Origin: Dehalococcoidia bacterium
GTDB taxonomy: Bacteria; Chloroflexota; Dehalococcoidia; Lucifugimonadales; UBA3495
Assembly (NCBI GenBank): GCA_965226875.1
Contig: OZ245439.1
Coordinates: 3,601,817 to 3,665,816, forward strand
Direction of reading: 5' to 3'
DNA: 64,000 nt
A program made the position numbers and the translations under genes. Under the pieces are notes generated by a model, which saw only the letters and a program-made list of their open reading frames with translations, had not been told where the DNA came from and did not search any database. This document shows, one piece after another, positions 21,308 to 30,379 of the stretch (positions are counted from its first letter, which is position 1; the number at the start of each line of letters is the position of its first letter).

Positions 21308-22408
21308 ATGGCCGAAGACTACAATTCTGCTCCCACGAGGGTCGTGCGGAGCTACCGGTCCGTCCAGGGGTGGCGGCGTGGCTTGGTACGCAACCTGGAA
21401 GCTGGAGAGCTGCTCGAGCTCTTCTTGGTGGCGGCGGTTGCTGCGGTGCTGGCCATTCGGGCGTTTCTAGCTGCCCTCGGCTACCCATCGCTGGGTGGCG
21501 ATGGGCTCCACATCGCCCACATGTTATGGGGCGGTGTCTTCATGCTGGTGGCCTTCATCCTGCTATTCTCCTTCGTGGGACGGGGGCTGGGCCGCTTGGC
21601 GGCCATTCTCGCCGGCATCGGCTTCGGCACCTTCATCGACGAGCTCGGCAAGTTCATCACCTCCGACAACGACTACTTCTACAAGCCCACCATCGGTCTC
21701 ATTTACATCATCTTCATCGTCATCTTCCTGATTCTTCGCACAGCTCGCCGCAAGCGGAGCATCGCCCCCGGCGACGCCCTAGCAAACGCTCTCACCCATG
21801 TCCAAGACTCCATCTCGGCGCCGCTCGATCCGCAGAAGAAAGCGGAAACTTTGGCCTTGCTCGATCAGGCGGACCCAGACCATCCCCTGTACCGCCATCT
21901 ACGGGCTTACGTCCAGGAAGCCGAACTGAGCCCCGACGACCCGACCAACTTCTATTTCCGCATCAAGGAGTGGGCGTTCGAGACCTACCGGCGAGTGGCA
22001 ACCCACCGCCGGTTCGCCGTTCTGTTCCCGGCGCTATTCCTGACTTGGGGCATCGTTCAGGCCGGGTCGTTGGCTTACCTAGCCTACGGGATTACTGGCA
22101 CGACTATTGAGGCGCTGAGCTGGACTCACTACGCTCAAGCCGCCTCAATGGCGGTCACGGTCGCATGTATCGCAATCGGCATCGTGGCCTGGCCCTCCAG
22201 CCGTTCCAGGTCCTACCGCTGGTACATGCGCGGTGCACTGGTGTCCATCTTCATCACCCAGGTGTTCGTCTTCTTCCAGTCCCAGCTGGCAGCCATCACC
22301 GGCCTCAGCGTAAACGTCCTGACCTACGCCTCCCTCGCCTTCGTAGCGAATCTGGAGGCTGAGGCCACGGCGCAGCCCTCTATCCAACAACCGGCGAATG
22401 CCTCCTAA
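21308..22408 (+). CDS. hypothetical polytopic membrane protein
   Basis: 366 aa, with several clear TM helices and a good coding look (GC3-rich). I recognise no family. Confidence 0.6.
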   Translation: MAEDYNSAPTRVVRSYRSVQGWRRGLVRNLEAGELLELFLVAAVAAVLAIRAFLAALGYPSLGGDGLHIAHMLWGGVFMLVAFILLFSFVGRGLGRLAAILAGIGFGTFIDELGKFITSDNDYFYKPTIGLIYIIFIVIFLILRTARRKRSIAPGDALANALTHVQDSISAPLDPQKKAETLALLDQADPDHPLYRHLRAYVQEAELSPDDPTNFYFRIKEWAFETYRRVATHRRFAVLFPALFLTWGIVQAGSLAYLAYGITGTTIEALSWTHYAQAASMAVTVACIAIGIVAWPSSRSRSYRWYMRGALVSIFITQVFVFFQSQLAAITGLSVNVLTYASLAFVANLEAEATAQPSIQQPANAS

Positions 22409-22440
22409 ACCAAAGCCGAGGTGAAAAGCGCAGAAACAAA
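22401..22440. repeat. 40-bp direct repeat, copy 2
   Basis: CCTCCTAAACCAAAGCCGAGGTGAAAAGCGCAGAAACAAA. It overlaps the last codons and stop of 21308..22408. Confidence 0.9.
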
Positions 22441-22484
22441 GGATAAAATTGCGGAGTCGCTGGGTTACTTTCCGTGTCGTCTAG

Positions 22485-23838
22485 TATTACAACGTCAGTT
22501 AGTTTGATAGGATGACTGTGTAGCTGGAGAGGGAACAGGCAGGTGAGGTGGGGATGTGGATGCGGCAGCTTTCGAACAGGTGTACGGGGCCTTTGGGGAT
22601 TTTCACGCTTACTTCGCTTCGCTGTTTGGCCGCCGGGAGACGCGGGAGCACAGCGGTCATTATCTCCAGGCCCTGCTGGTACAGTCCGGGGAGCGGCGCA
22701 ACGCTGAGAACCTGTCGGAGACGGTTCCGGGGTCTGCCCGAGGGATGCAGCGGTTTCTCACTGATTCTCCCTGGGACGATGAGGCGATTATAGGACGGCT
22801 GCAGGAGTACCTGGGAACCCGGCTGGAGCATCCGGAAGGGGTGTGGGTGCTGGACGGCAGCGACTTTCCCAAGCAGGGACGGAAGTCGGCGGGAGTGGCC
22901 CGGCAGTACTGCGGGAGGCTGGGGAAGGTGGCCAACTGCCAGGCCGGAATGTTCTTGGCCTATGTCAGCCCGTTGGGACGGGCCCTGGTGGACAAACGGC
23001 TGTATCTGCCGGAGAGTTGGACCTCGGACAAAGACCGGTGTGAGGCGGCGGGTGTGCCGGAGGATAGGCGGGGCTACCGGTCGAAGACGGAGTTGGCCTT
23101 GGAGATGGTGGGGCGGGCACAGGAGCGGGGCCACCTGAAGGCTGGATGGGTCGCTGCGGACGATGCCTTCGGTATGTCGCCGTCATTCCGCGACGGCCTG
23201 GCGGCCTTGGGGATGTGGTACGTGCTGGACGTTCCGTCCGGCTTTACGATGTGGCCGCCGGAGCCTGCCTGGACCAGTGTGGAGTATCAGGGATTCGGGC
23301 GTCCCCGCAAGCCGAGGCTCCGCAGCGGGCAGCGTCGGACGATGGCGGAGCGGGCCGATGCCATCACGGAGGAGGCCTGGCGTGAGATTACGGTGGCCGA
23401 GGGAAGCCAGGGACCACGCAGCTACCTGTTCAGTGCCCAGAGCCAGAGGGTGCGTCCAACCAGCAGGCGTAAGCCCGGCGAAATCCACTGGGCCATTTAC
23501 CGCCGGAATCTGGACGGCAGCGAACCCCGCTACTATCTGTCCAATGCACCGGAGGATACCCCGTTGGAGACCCTGGCATACGTGGGAGGATCCCGTTGGC
23601 GTATAGAAACGGAGTTCGAGACGGAGAAAAGCGACGTGGGGCTGGACGAGTACGAGACCCGCACCTGGGCTGGCTGGCATCACCATGTGGCCCTGTGCCT
23701 GCTGGGCGGAGCTTTTCTGCTGAGCTTGCAACAGGCTTGGGGGGAAAAAGATGCCCCGGATCACGAGGCCGCAGGTCTACCGGGTGGTGCGGGAAATGCT
23801 GCCCCGGGAACGGTTCGGACCTGAAGAGTTGCTGCGGT
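22485..23838 (+). mobile_element. IS701-family element, 3'-truncated by IS21 copy A
   Basis: Left end CTAG|TATTACAACG at 22481/22485, the same end sequence as both ends of the 61147-61291 mini-element. The transposase ORF is cut at 23838. Confidence 0.7.
22556..23838 (+). pseudogene. IS701-family DDE transposase, frameshifted and truncated
   Basis: WVLDGSDFPKQG...VAADDAFG...GGSRWRIETEFETEKSDVGLDEYETRTWAGWHHHV. The frame changes in the G6A5 run near 23740-23752 and continues as MPRITRPQVYRVVREMLPRERFGPEELLR. It is then cut by IS21 at 23839. Confidence 0.8.
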
Positions 23839-23873
23839 TGTTCAGCGTCAACTACTTTTGCCGGTTCCGTCAA

Positions 23874-24650
23874 TTATTCTTGCCGGTTCACCCCCTGTTT
23901 CTGACTGCGCTGCTGGGCCACTCCGGTGCGGTAGCTGGGGACGTCGAATTCCAGGATGACCGAGTGGTGGACCACCCGGTCGATGGCCGCAGCCGTGGCC
24001 ATTGGGTTGGCGAAGATGTGCTCCCACTGGGAGAAGACCAGGTTGGACGTGATGCCCAGGGACCGGCGTTCGTAGCGTTCGGCGATGAGTGTGAAGAGCA
24101 CCTCGGACTCTTCGGCCCCTTGGGGCAGGTACCCCAGGTCGTCCAGCAGCAGGAAGTCGTAGTTGTCGAGCTTTCGTAGTTGTCGCGGTAGCGCCAGGTC
24201 CCGCTTGGCGGCGAGCAGGTCCTGCACCAGCCGGTAGGCCGGGGCGAAGAGCACCGAGCGTCCGGCTTCCACCAGCCGGTGGCCCACGGCGCACAGTGCA
24301 TGGGTCTTGCCGGTGCCGGGCAGTCCGAAGGCCAGCACGTTGACGCCTCGGTCGACGAAGCTGCCGTCAGACAGCTCGCCCAGTTGCTGCCGCAGAGCCA
24401 GGGGCACACGGTCGTGCTCGAAGGTCTCCCAGGTCTTGCCGGCGGGCAGCCTGGATGCGGTGCGCAGCCGGCCGATGCGGCGCTGCCTCCGGTCCTCGGC
24501 CTCCTGCTCCAGCACTTCCAAGAGGGTCTCCAGGGCGTCGCCGTGCCCGGCGGCGGTGAATCGGGACACCGACTGCGCCCCCATGGTGGGCAGCCGGAAT
24601 TGGTGGCACAGCTCCCCGATCCGGACCTTAATGGCGTTGGCCTCCATCAT
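23874..24650 (-). CDS. istB: IS21-family helper ATPase IstB
   Basis: 258 aa with Walker A GLPGTGKTH and Walker B LLLLDDLGY. The ATG overlaps the istA stop. Confidence 0.93.
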   Translation of the reverse strand: MMEANAIKVRIGELCHQFRLPTMGAQSVSRFTAAGHGDALETLLEVLEQEAEDRRQRRIGRLRTASRLPAGKTWETFEHDRVPLALRQQLGELSDGSFVDRGVNVLAFGLPGTGKTHALCAVGHRLVEAGRSVLFAPAYRLVQDLLAAKRDLALPRQLRKLDNYDFLLLDDLGYLPQGAEESEVLFTLIAERYERRSLGITSNLVFSQWEHIFANPMATAAAIDRVVHHSVILEFDVPSYRTGVAQQRSQKQGVNRQE

Positions 24651-26131
24651 CAGGCCACCCCCGCCAGCAGGGAGTCGTAGACCCTCAGGTCCGGCATCCC
24701 GGACAGGCTCAGCACCGGCGCCCGCGGCGGAGCCGGGTTCGCCAGTTCCTTGACCGTGGCGTAGTCGAAGGGCTCACCGGCCTCCAGCAGCAGGGCTAGG
24801 GCGCTGTCCACCGTCGACTCCATAGTTGTCGCCGCAAGGTGCAGGATCCGCAGGTACTCCACGTCAGTCCGTTCGCCTCGCCACCTCTTGAGGGCGTCGT
24901 AGGCCAAGCGGAAGGTCATGGTGGGAAACATCTGCTCCCGGAACCGGTAGCGAGCGAAGGCCCCGGGCTTGCGCACCAGGGAGCCGATGACGTGGCGGTA
25001 ATTGACGTTGGCCTCCCTTTCACCGCGCACCCGCTCCATGCGTTCCACCAAGTGGCCCTTGTAGTACACTTCCAGACGCTCGGCGTACAAGCGTATCTGC
25101 ACCTCCTTTCCGATGAGCCGGGAGGGTACGGTGTAGGTCCGTCCGGCTGCCTGGATGGTGCTCCACTTGCGCACCCGGGCCTGGTGGTTGACGTACTCCG
25201 GCACGGGAGCTGGAGGCAGGCACTGCAGAAGTGGGCGTTCCTGCTCCAGCTTCCCTTGCACCAAGCGGTTGCGCCGCTCAACCACCTTCCTGACGAAGCC
25301 GGTGTAGGACTCGGCGGAATCGAAGTCGCGGCTGCCCCGCAGCATGAGGGCCTGGTCCAAAGCGTCCTTCAACCGGTAATGAGCCTGCTCGGCCACGCCA
25401 TTCTCGTGGGATTCCCCGGAATTGATCAGCGTGGCCTCGATCCCGTAGTGCTCCAGGAGCTCGGCGTAGTTGTCGTTCAGGGCCCGGCCGCGGCTGCGCT
25501 TTATCTCATGGGTGAGGGCCGAGCTGTTGTCGGAGCGTATGATCTGGGGCGCGCCGCCCAGTTCCCAGAGCGCGTTCTGGAGTCCCTGCTTCAGGGCCAC
25601 AAAGGTCTCGCCGGCAACCACCTCGGCGTAGCGCCAGCCTGAATGGCTCAACACCAGCTGGAACAGCAGGTGGCGGTAGCGCCGGCCGCCGATGGTTACT
25701 CCCAGGGAGTTGCAGTGGGTGAAGTCGAGCTGCGCCTCCCGGCCAGGTGGATGCTCCTGGGGGAAGTAGACCTCCTGATCCGGACCGTTGAGTGCCCGCC
25801 AGTCCTGTAATCGGCGTTGCAGGGTGCGGAGCTGGGAGGCGCTGAACCGGCCGGGAAATTTCTCCTCCAGCCACTCGATAATTGTCGTTGCCCTGAGCCT
25901 GCCGGCGGCCTCTCCCCTGAGCAGGGGCAGGATTTCTTCCTCCCAGACGCCGTCAAAGGGATCGGGCCGGGTGCGCCACCGGCGCTCCTGCTTGGTCTCC
26001 GAGGGCAACGGGCCACACTGCCACTTCCGCGCCGACCGCTCGCTCATCCCCGCCATGGCCGCCGCCGTCTGTTGTTTCTTTCCTTCCATCTGTCTTTGCC
26101 TCAGTAATGCGACTTGCTGATCCGTAACCAA
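24650..26131 (-). CDS. istA: IS21-family transposase IstA
   Basis: 493 aa: HTH N-terminus, DDE core (...IIRSDNSSALTHE...ESHENGVAEQAHY...). The translation is identical to 36003..37484. Confidence 0.93.
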   Translation of the reverse strand: MVTDQQVALLRQRQMEGKKQQTAAAMAGMSERSARKWQCGPLPSETKQERRWRTRPDPFDGVWEEEILPLLRGEAAGRLRATTIIEWLEEKFPGRFSASQLRTLQRRLQDWRALNGPDQEVYFPQEHPPGREAQLDFTHCNSLGVTIGGRRYRHLLFQLVLSHSGWRYAEVVAGETFVALKQGLQNALWELGGAPQIIRSDNSSALTHEIKRSRGRALNDNYAELLEHYGIEATLINSGESHENGVAEQAHYRLKDALDQALMLRGSRDFDSAESYTGFVRKVVERRNRLVQGKLEQERPLLQCLPPAPVPEYVNHQARVRKWSTIQAAGRTYTVPSRLIGKEVQIRLYAERLEVYYKGHLVERMERVRGEREANVNYRHVIGSLVRKPGAFARYRFREQMFPTMTFRLAYDALKRWRGERTDVEYLRILHLAATTMESTVDSALALLLEAGEPFDYATVKELANPAPPRAPVLSLSGMPDLRVYDSLLAGVA

Positions 26132-26216
26132 TCCGGCACCTCCTGTACCGAATGATTACCACATGTGACCGGCAAAAATAGTCGTCGCCACCGGCAAGAC
26201 TAATTGTCGTTGATCA

Positions 26217-27451
26217 GCTGAGGGACGAGTACGGGTTCGACGGTGGATACACCACAGTCAAGGACTATGTAAGAGAGAATCGCCGTCAGACCAAGGAGAT
26301 GTTCGTCCCTCTGTCCCATGCGCCGGGCCACGCCCAGTGCGACTTCGGCGAGGCCCTGGTGGTCATCGGCGGCGTGGAGCGCAAGGCCCACTGCTTCGTC
26401 ATCGACCTGCCCCACAGCGACGGCTGCTTCGTCAAGGCCTACCCGGCGGAGACCACCGAGGCCTTCCTGGACGGGCACGTCTCGGCGTTCGCCTTCCTGG
26501 GCGGAGCGCCCCAGAGCATCCTCTACGACAATACCAGGCTGGCCGTGGCGAGGATCCTGGGGGACGGCCGTCGCCAGCGCACCCGCGCCTTCACCGAGCT
26601 GCAGTCCCACTACCTGTTCGAGGACCGGTTCGGGCGTCCCGGCAAGGGCAACGACAAAGGCAAAGTGGAGGGACTGGTGGGGTACGTGCGCCGCAACTTC
26701 CTGGTTCCGGTGCCGTCCTTCGAGAGCTTCGATACGCTCAATGCCTACCTGGAGCGGCGTTGCCTGGAACGAATGGACGCCAAGCTCAGGGGACATATGG
26801 AGACCATCGGTCAAAAAGATGGAGCGGGACCTGGACGCCCTGCTGCCGCTGCCGCCAGTAGCATACGACGCCTGCAAGAAGCAGGCGGGCCGGGTGAGTT
26901 CCCTGTCCTTGGTCCGGTACAAGACCAACGACTACTCGGTGCCAGTGGCCTACGGATACCGGGACGTCCTGGTTCGGGGCTACGTTGATGAGGTGGTGAT
27001 CAGCTGCGGGTCAGAGGTCATCGCCAAGCACCCACGCTCCTACGAGCTGGACGACTTCGTCTACGACCCCATCCACTACCTGCCGCTCTTGGAGCGTAAG
27101 TCGGGAGCCTTGGATCAGGCCGCTCCGCTGCAGGGCTGGGCTCTGCCAGAAGAGTTCGGCACGCTGCGCCGGCTTCTGGAGTCCCGAATGGGACGGCGGG
27201 GCAAGCGGGAGTACGTGCAGGTGCTCCGTCTGCTGGAGACCTTCTCCCAGCAGGAAGTGCACGCAGCGGTGAAAGATGCCCTCCGGCTGGGAGCCATCAG
27301 CTTCGACGCCGTGAAACACCTGCTCCTGTGTCGGCTGGAGGGGCGGCCGCCCAGGCTGGACCTGGAGCTGTATCCCTACCTGCCACGGGTCCGGGTGAGC
27401 ACCACGTCCGCCGGGGACTACCTGACCTTGCTGTCGGGGAGGACGGCATGA
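26217..27451 (+). pseudogene. istA: istA of the second IS21-family element: N-terminally truncated and frameshifted
   Basis: Frame a reads GHAQCDFGEALVVIGG...ILYDNTRLAV...GKGNDKGKVEGLVGY...HMETIGQK. The frame changes in the A5 run at about 26813-26818. It then reads MERDLDALLPLPP...VRYKTNDYSVP... to the stop at 27451. Confidence 0.85.
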
Positions 27452-28230
27452 ACGACCGGTCGACGCTGCTGCTGGAACATCACCTTAAGGAACTGAAGCT
27501 GCCCAGCTTCCTCCGGGAATACGGGAAGATGGCCGCGCAGTGCGCCGCCGAGGGTGTGGATCACCCCCAGTACCTGCTCAGGCTGGCCGAGCTGGAACTC
27601 ATAGACCGGCACCAGCGCATGGTGGAACGGCGGATCCGCGCCGCCCGCTTTCCCGCCGTAAAAAGCCTGGACACCTTCGACTTCCCGGCCATCCCATCGC
27701 TGAACAAGGCACTGGTGATGGAATTGGCCCGCTGCGAATACATCCAGCGCCGTGAGAACGTCATCGCCGTCGGAAACAGCGGCACCGACAAGACCCATGT
27801 GGCCCTGGGACTGGGCTTGGCCGCCTGCCAGAGGGGCATGTCGGTGGGTTTCACCACCGCCGCGGCCCTGGTGCACGAGTTGATGGAGGCCAGGGACGAG
27901 AGACGCCTGCTCAACCTCCAGCGGCAACTGTCCCGCCTGAACCTGCTGATCATCGACGAACTGGGCTTTGTCCCACTACCCCGGACCGGGGCGGAACTGC
28001 TCTTCGAGGTGTTCAGCCAGCGCTACGAGCGAGGCTCCACCCTTATAACCACCAACCTGCCATTCGACGAATGGACCGAGGTCTTCGGTTCGGAGCGCCT
28101 CACCGGGGCACTGCTGGACCGGCTCACCCATCACGTCCACATCCTGGAGATGAACGGCGAGAGCTACCGCCTCAAGCGCAGCCGGGAGAACGCCGCGTAT
28201 CAAGCTCCAGACGATCGCGAGGAAGAATAG
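27448..28230 (+). CDS. istB: IstB-like ATPase of the second IS21-family element, with an atypical Walker A
   Basis: 260 aa. Walker A reads GNSGTDKTH (Asp where IstB copy A has Gly in GLPGTGKTH). Walker B is LLIIDELGF. Confidence 0.8.
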   Translation: MNDRSTLLLEHHLKELKLPSFLREYGKMAAQCAAEGVDHPQYLLRLAELELIDRHQRMVERRIRAARFPAVKSLDTFDFPAIPSLNKALVMELARCEYIQRRENVIAVGNSGTDKTHVALGLGLAACQRGMSVGFTTAAALVHELMEARDERRLLNLQRQLSRLNLLIIDELGFVPLPRTGAELLFEVFSQRYERGSTLITTNLPFDEWTEVFGSERLTGALLDRLTHHVHILEMNGESYRLKRSRENAAYQAPDDREEE

Positions 28231-28363
28231 GGCGCACCGCCAACGCTGTGTCTTCCTGCTCCTGTAACGTCCCCACTCCGACCAATTTACTGCCGTCAGT
28301 CATCACGTCAGTGGTACACGATCTCGCCGCCCCAGTGGCCCAATATCTCGGCGCCATTGACAC

Positions 28364-28680
28364 GTGCACCGGGAGCGCAAGGAGAAGCTGGAGATCGCCG
28401 CCGAGGAGGCGCGGGCGCTGCTGTCGGACCGGCGTCAGTTCCTGGACAGCGCCGACACCATCGACACTTTCGCCGCCGAGATGAGCGAGTTCCTCAAGAC
28501 CAGCGAGTTGACCGAGACCAAGGCTTTCGTGAGGTCCTTCGTCAAGGAGATCGTGGTCAAGTCCGGCAGGGCCGCCATCGTCTACTCGATACCGACGCCG
28601 GATAACTCTCCGGCAGGGGGTGCGGACGCCGTGGAGATCGCCCTAAACGGGGGTGTTATGACTTCGGTACGTCATGGTGG
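28364..28680 (+). pseudogene. C-terminal fragment of a large serine recombinase, cut by the IS21-family element ending at 28362
   Basis: ERKEKLEIAAEEARALLSDRRQFLDSADTIDTFAAEMSEFLKTSELTETKAFVRSFVKEIVVKSGRAAIVYSIP resembles the coiled-coil/C-terminal region of large serine recombinases. No N-terminal resolvase domain is present here. Confidence 0.5.
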
Positions 28681-28722
28681 GCCTGGATGGACTCGAACCA
28701 ACGACCTCGGTCTTATCAGGAC
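28675..28722 (-). other. tRNA-Ile(GAT)-like 3' fragment (anticodon loop to CCA), not a complete tRNA
   Basis: The reverse strand reads CAGTCCTGATAAGACCGAGGTCGTTGGTTCGAGTCCATCCAGGCCCACCA. This gives a CTGATAA loop, a TTCGAGT T-loop and an acceptor 3' strand plus CCA. The stems carry mismatches and no matching 5' acceptor or D-arm follows. Confidence 0.45.
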
Positions 28723-28885
28723 TGCTGGCATCAGTAACCGATTCGCTAGCTCGCCCGGTCTAGCAGTCTCACAAATTTCGACACTCTGACCAACATCAGT
28801 AGAAGTGCCTCCCCAAATCCAGAGGAGTCGCTGAGCCTTCGCGACTACGCTGCCAACGGCTATATTAATCGTCATTCATATATGG

Positions 28886-30136
28886 TCATCTTGCCCTTGC
28901 GATTTCCCCTTCATCTTGAGCACTAGCTCGAATTTCGGGCCACACTTCGGGATCAGGGTCCCCGCCTCCAACCGCCACATAGTCCGCCCATTTCTGCATC
29001 AACCCGATTCGTGGCTCGAAAAGATCAGTCCTTTTGTAGGCCCTTCGGGTCTTCTTGCCTTCTTGGTGAGCCAAGGCGGCGTCGGCGGCCGACGAGAGTT
29101 GCGGCAATCGTTCTTCGGCCCAGTCAGTGAAGGAGCTCCGAAACCCGTGAGGCACTGCAGGAATACCAAGCCTTCTCAACAGCTCGGTGAAAATCATATC
29201 CGAAACTGCTTTGCCTCCGGGTCTAGCCGGGAAAATCAGTCCGTCAGGCCCGGTTATCTCCCAGGATTGGCACAGGATTTCCATTGCTCTGTACGATAGG
29301 GGCACGCGGTGGGGACGGCGAGCCTTCATCTTGTTGGCAGGAAGTTCCCAAGTGCGTCTGTCCCAGCGAATTTCGCCCCAATTAGCGTTGCGGACTTCTC
29401 CTGAGCGAGCCGCGGTCACAACCAGGAACTCGAAGGCGAGCTTGGTTAAGAGGTTGGCCGTAGACTCCTTCACCTGTTCAAGTGCTCGAGGTACTTGGTT
29501 GAATGGTAACGCCTCGAAGTGATTTTCCGCCTGATTTACTGGGGGAAGGGATTTCAGCAGGGCCCGCCCCGCGGGGTTGTCGATCCGGTAACCATTGGTA
29601 ACCACCCAGTCCATTACAGTTTCCATACGCTGTCTGACTCTGCTCGCAGTCTCGTGCTTTACGGTCCAGATGGGCTCCAAAACATCGAGGGTATCCCTTG
29701 GGGTGATTTCGTCGACGGTCTTGTCTCCAATCACGGGGAAAGCGTAGGTCTTGAGCGTTGACCTCCACTGTGCAGCGTGTTTCTGGTTGCTCCATGTGGG
29801 ACGGCGCAGTTCGATGACGCGCAATGCTGCCTCAGCGAAAGTAGGGACGGATGGCGCGGGGTTCCGAGCGGCTTCCTTGGCGGCCTGCTTCTCTGCTAAA
29901 GGATCTCGTCCTTCGGAGACCGCGGTGCGGTTGAGGGCTGCAAGGGAACGTGCTTGGGCGAGACTGACGGCAGGGAAAGAACCCAGTCCGATGTCACGTC
30001 GCCGTCCGTCGACCACGATTCTCTGGACCCAGGACTTGGAGCCCGAGGGGGCGACGTAAAGGTAGAGGCCGTCCCCGTCGCCGTGCTTGCCGGGCTTGTT
30101 GATAGCCTTGACTGAAAGCGCGTTGAGCTTACCCAT
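28886..30136 (-). CDS. tyrosine-type site-specific integrase (P4-like, with N-terminal arm-binding domain)
   Basis: 416 aa: LSVKAINKPGKHGDGDGLYLYVAPSGSKSWVQRIVVDGRRRDIGLGSFPAVSLAQAR N-terminus, and C-terminal catalytic region ...HRVPLS...HGFRSSFTDWA...LAHQEGKKTRRAYKRTD. Lies immediately 3' of tRNA-Ser. Confidence 0.9.
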   Translation of the reverse strand: MGKLNALSVKAINKPGKHGDGDGLYLYVAPSGSKSWVQRIVVDGRRRDIGLGSFPAVSLAQARSLAALNRTAVSEGRDPLAEKQAAKEAARNPAPSVPTFAEAALRVIELRRPTWSNQKHAAQWRSTLKTYAFPVIGDKTVDEITPRDTLDVLEPIWTVKHETASRVRQRMETVMDWVVTNGYRIDNPAGRALLKSLPPVNQAENHFEALPFNQVPRALEQVKESTANLLTKLAFEFLVVTAARSGEVRNANWGEIRWDRRTWELPANKMKARRPHRVPLSYRAMEILCQSWEITGPDGLIFPARPGGKAVSDMIFTELLRRLGIPAVPHGFRSSFTDWAEERLPQLSSAADAALAHQEGKKTRRAYKRTDLFEPRIGLMQKWADYVAVGGGDPDPEVWPEIRASAQDEGEIARAR

Positions 30137-30289
30137 AACCCGCCTGATCCCACATATTTTCCCACATGATGAGTGGGACGTGGTGGCATTTTATGGGGTC
30201 TGGAGGGAAAACTCAAGCCAAGTGTATCACTACATTAGATACATTTCAGAAGTGACTGAGACTTACTGGGACGGCATGGGAAATTGAAA

Positions 30290-30379
30290 TGGCGGAGAGA
30301 GTGGGATTCGAACCCACGGTACAGTTGCCCGTACTCCGGTTTTCGAGACCGGCGCTTTCGTCCACTCAGCCATCTCTCC
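30290..30379 (-). tRNA. tRNA-Ser (anticodon CGA), class II with long variable arm, CCA encoded
   Basis: Folded by hand. Acceptor GGAGAGA/TCTCTCC, anticodon stem CCGGT/ACCGG with loop CTCGAAA, variable arm GTACGGGCAACTGTAC, T-arm GTGGG-TTCGAAT-CCCAC, then discriminator G and CCA. Confidence 0.9.

Larger units (their letters stand above)
23839..26216 (-). mobile_element. IS21-family insertion sequence, copy A (2378 bp), no target-site duplication
   Basis: Ends are TGATCAACGACAATTAGTCTTGCCGG (reverse, at 26216) and TGTTCAGCGTCAACTACTTTTGCCGG (at 23839), each with two CCGGCAA-containing sub-repeats. The flanks GCGGT and GCTGA differ. Confidence 0.95.
26217..28362 (+). mobile_element. second, different IS21-family element, 5'-truncated by IS21 copy A
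   Basis: It begins inside istA (...LRDEYGFDGGYTTVKDYVRE) right at the copy A boundary. The right end ...GGCGCCATTGACA is at 28362. Confidence 0.85.

Noticed and set aside
28675-28760. A complete tRNA gene on the minus strand.
   Set aside because: Only the anticodon-loop-to-CCA half is tRNA-like. The expected 5' acceptor strand (GGGCCTG) and D-arm pairing are absent, and both remaining stems carry mismatches.
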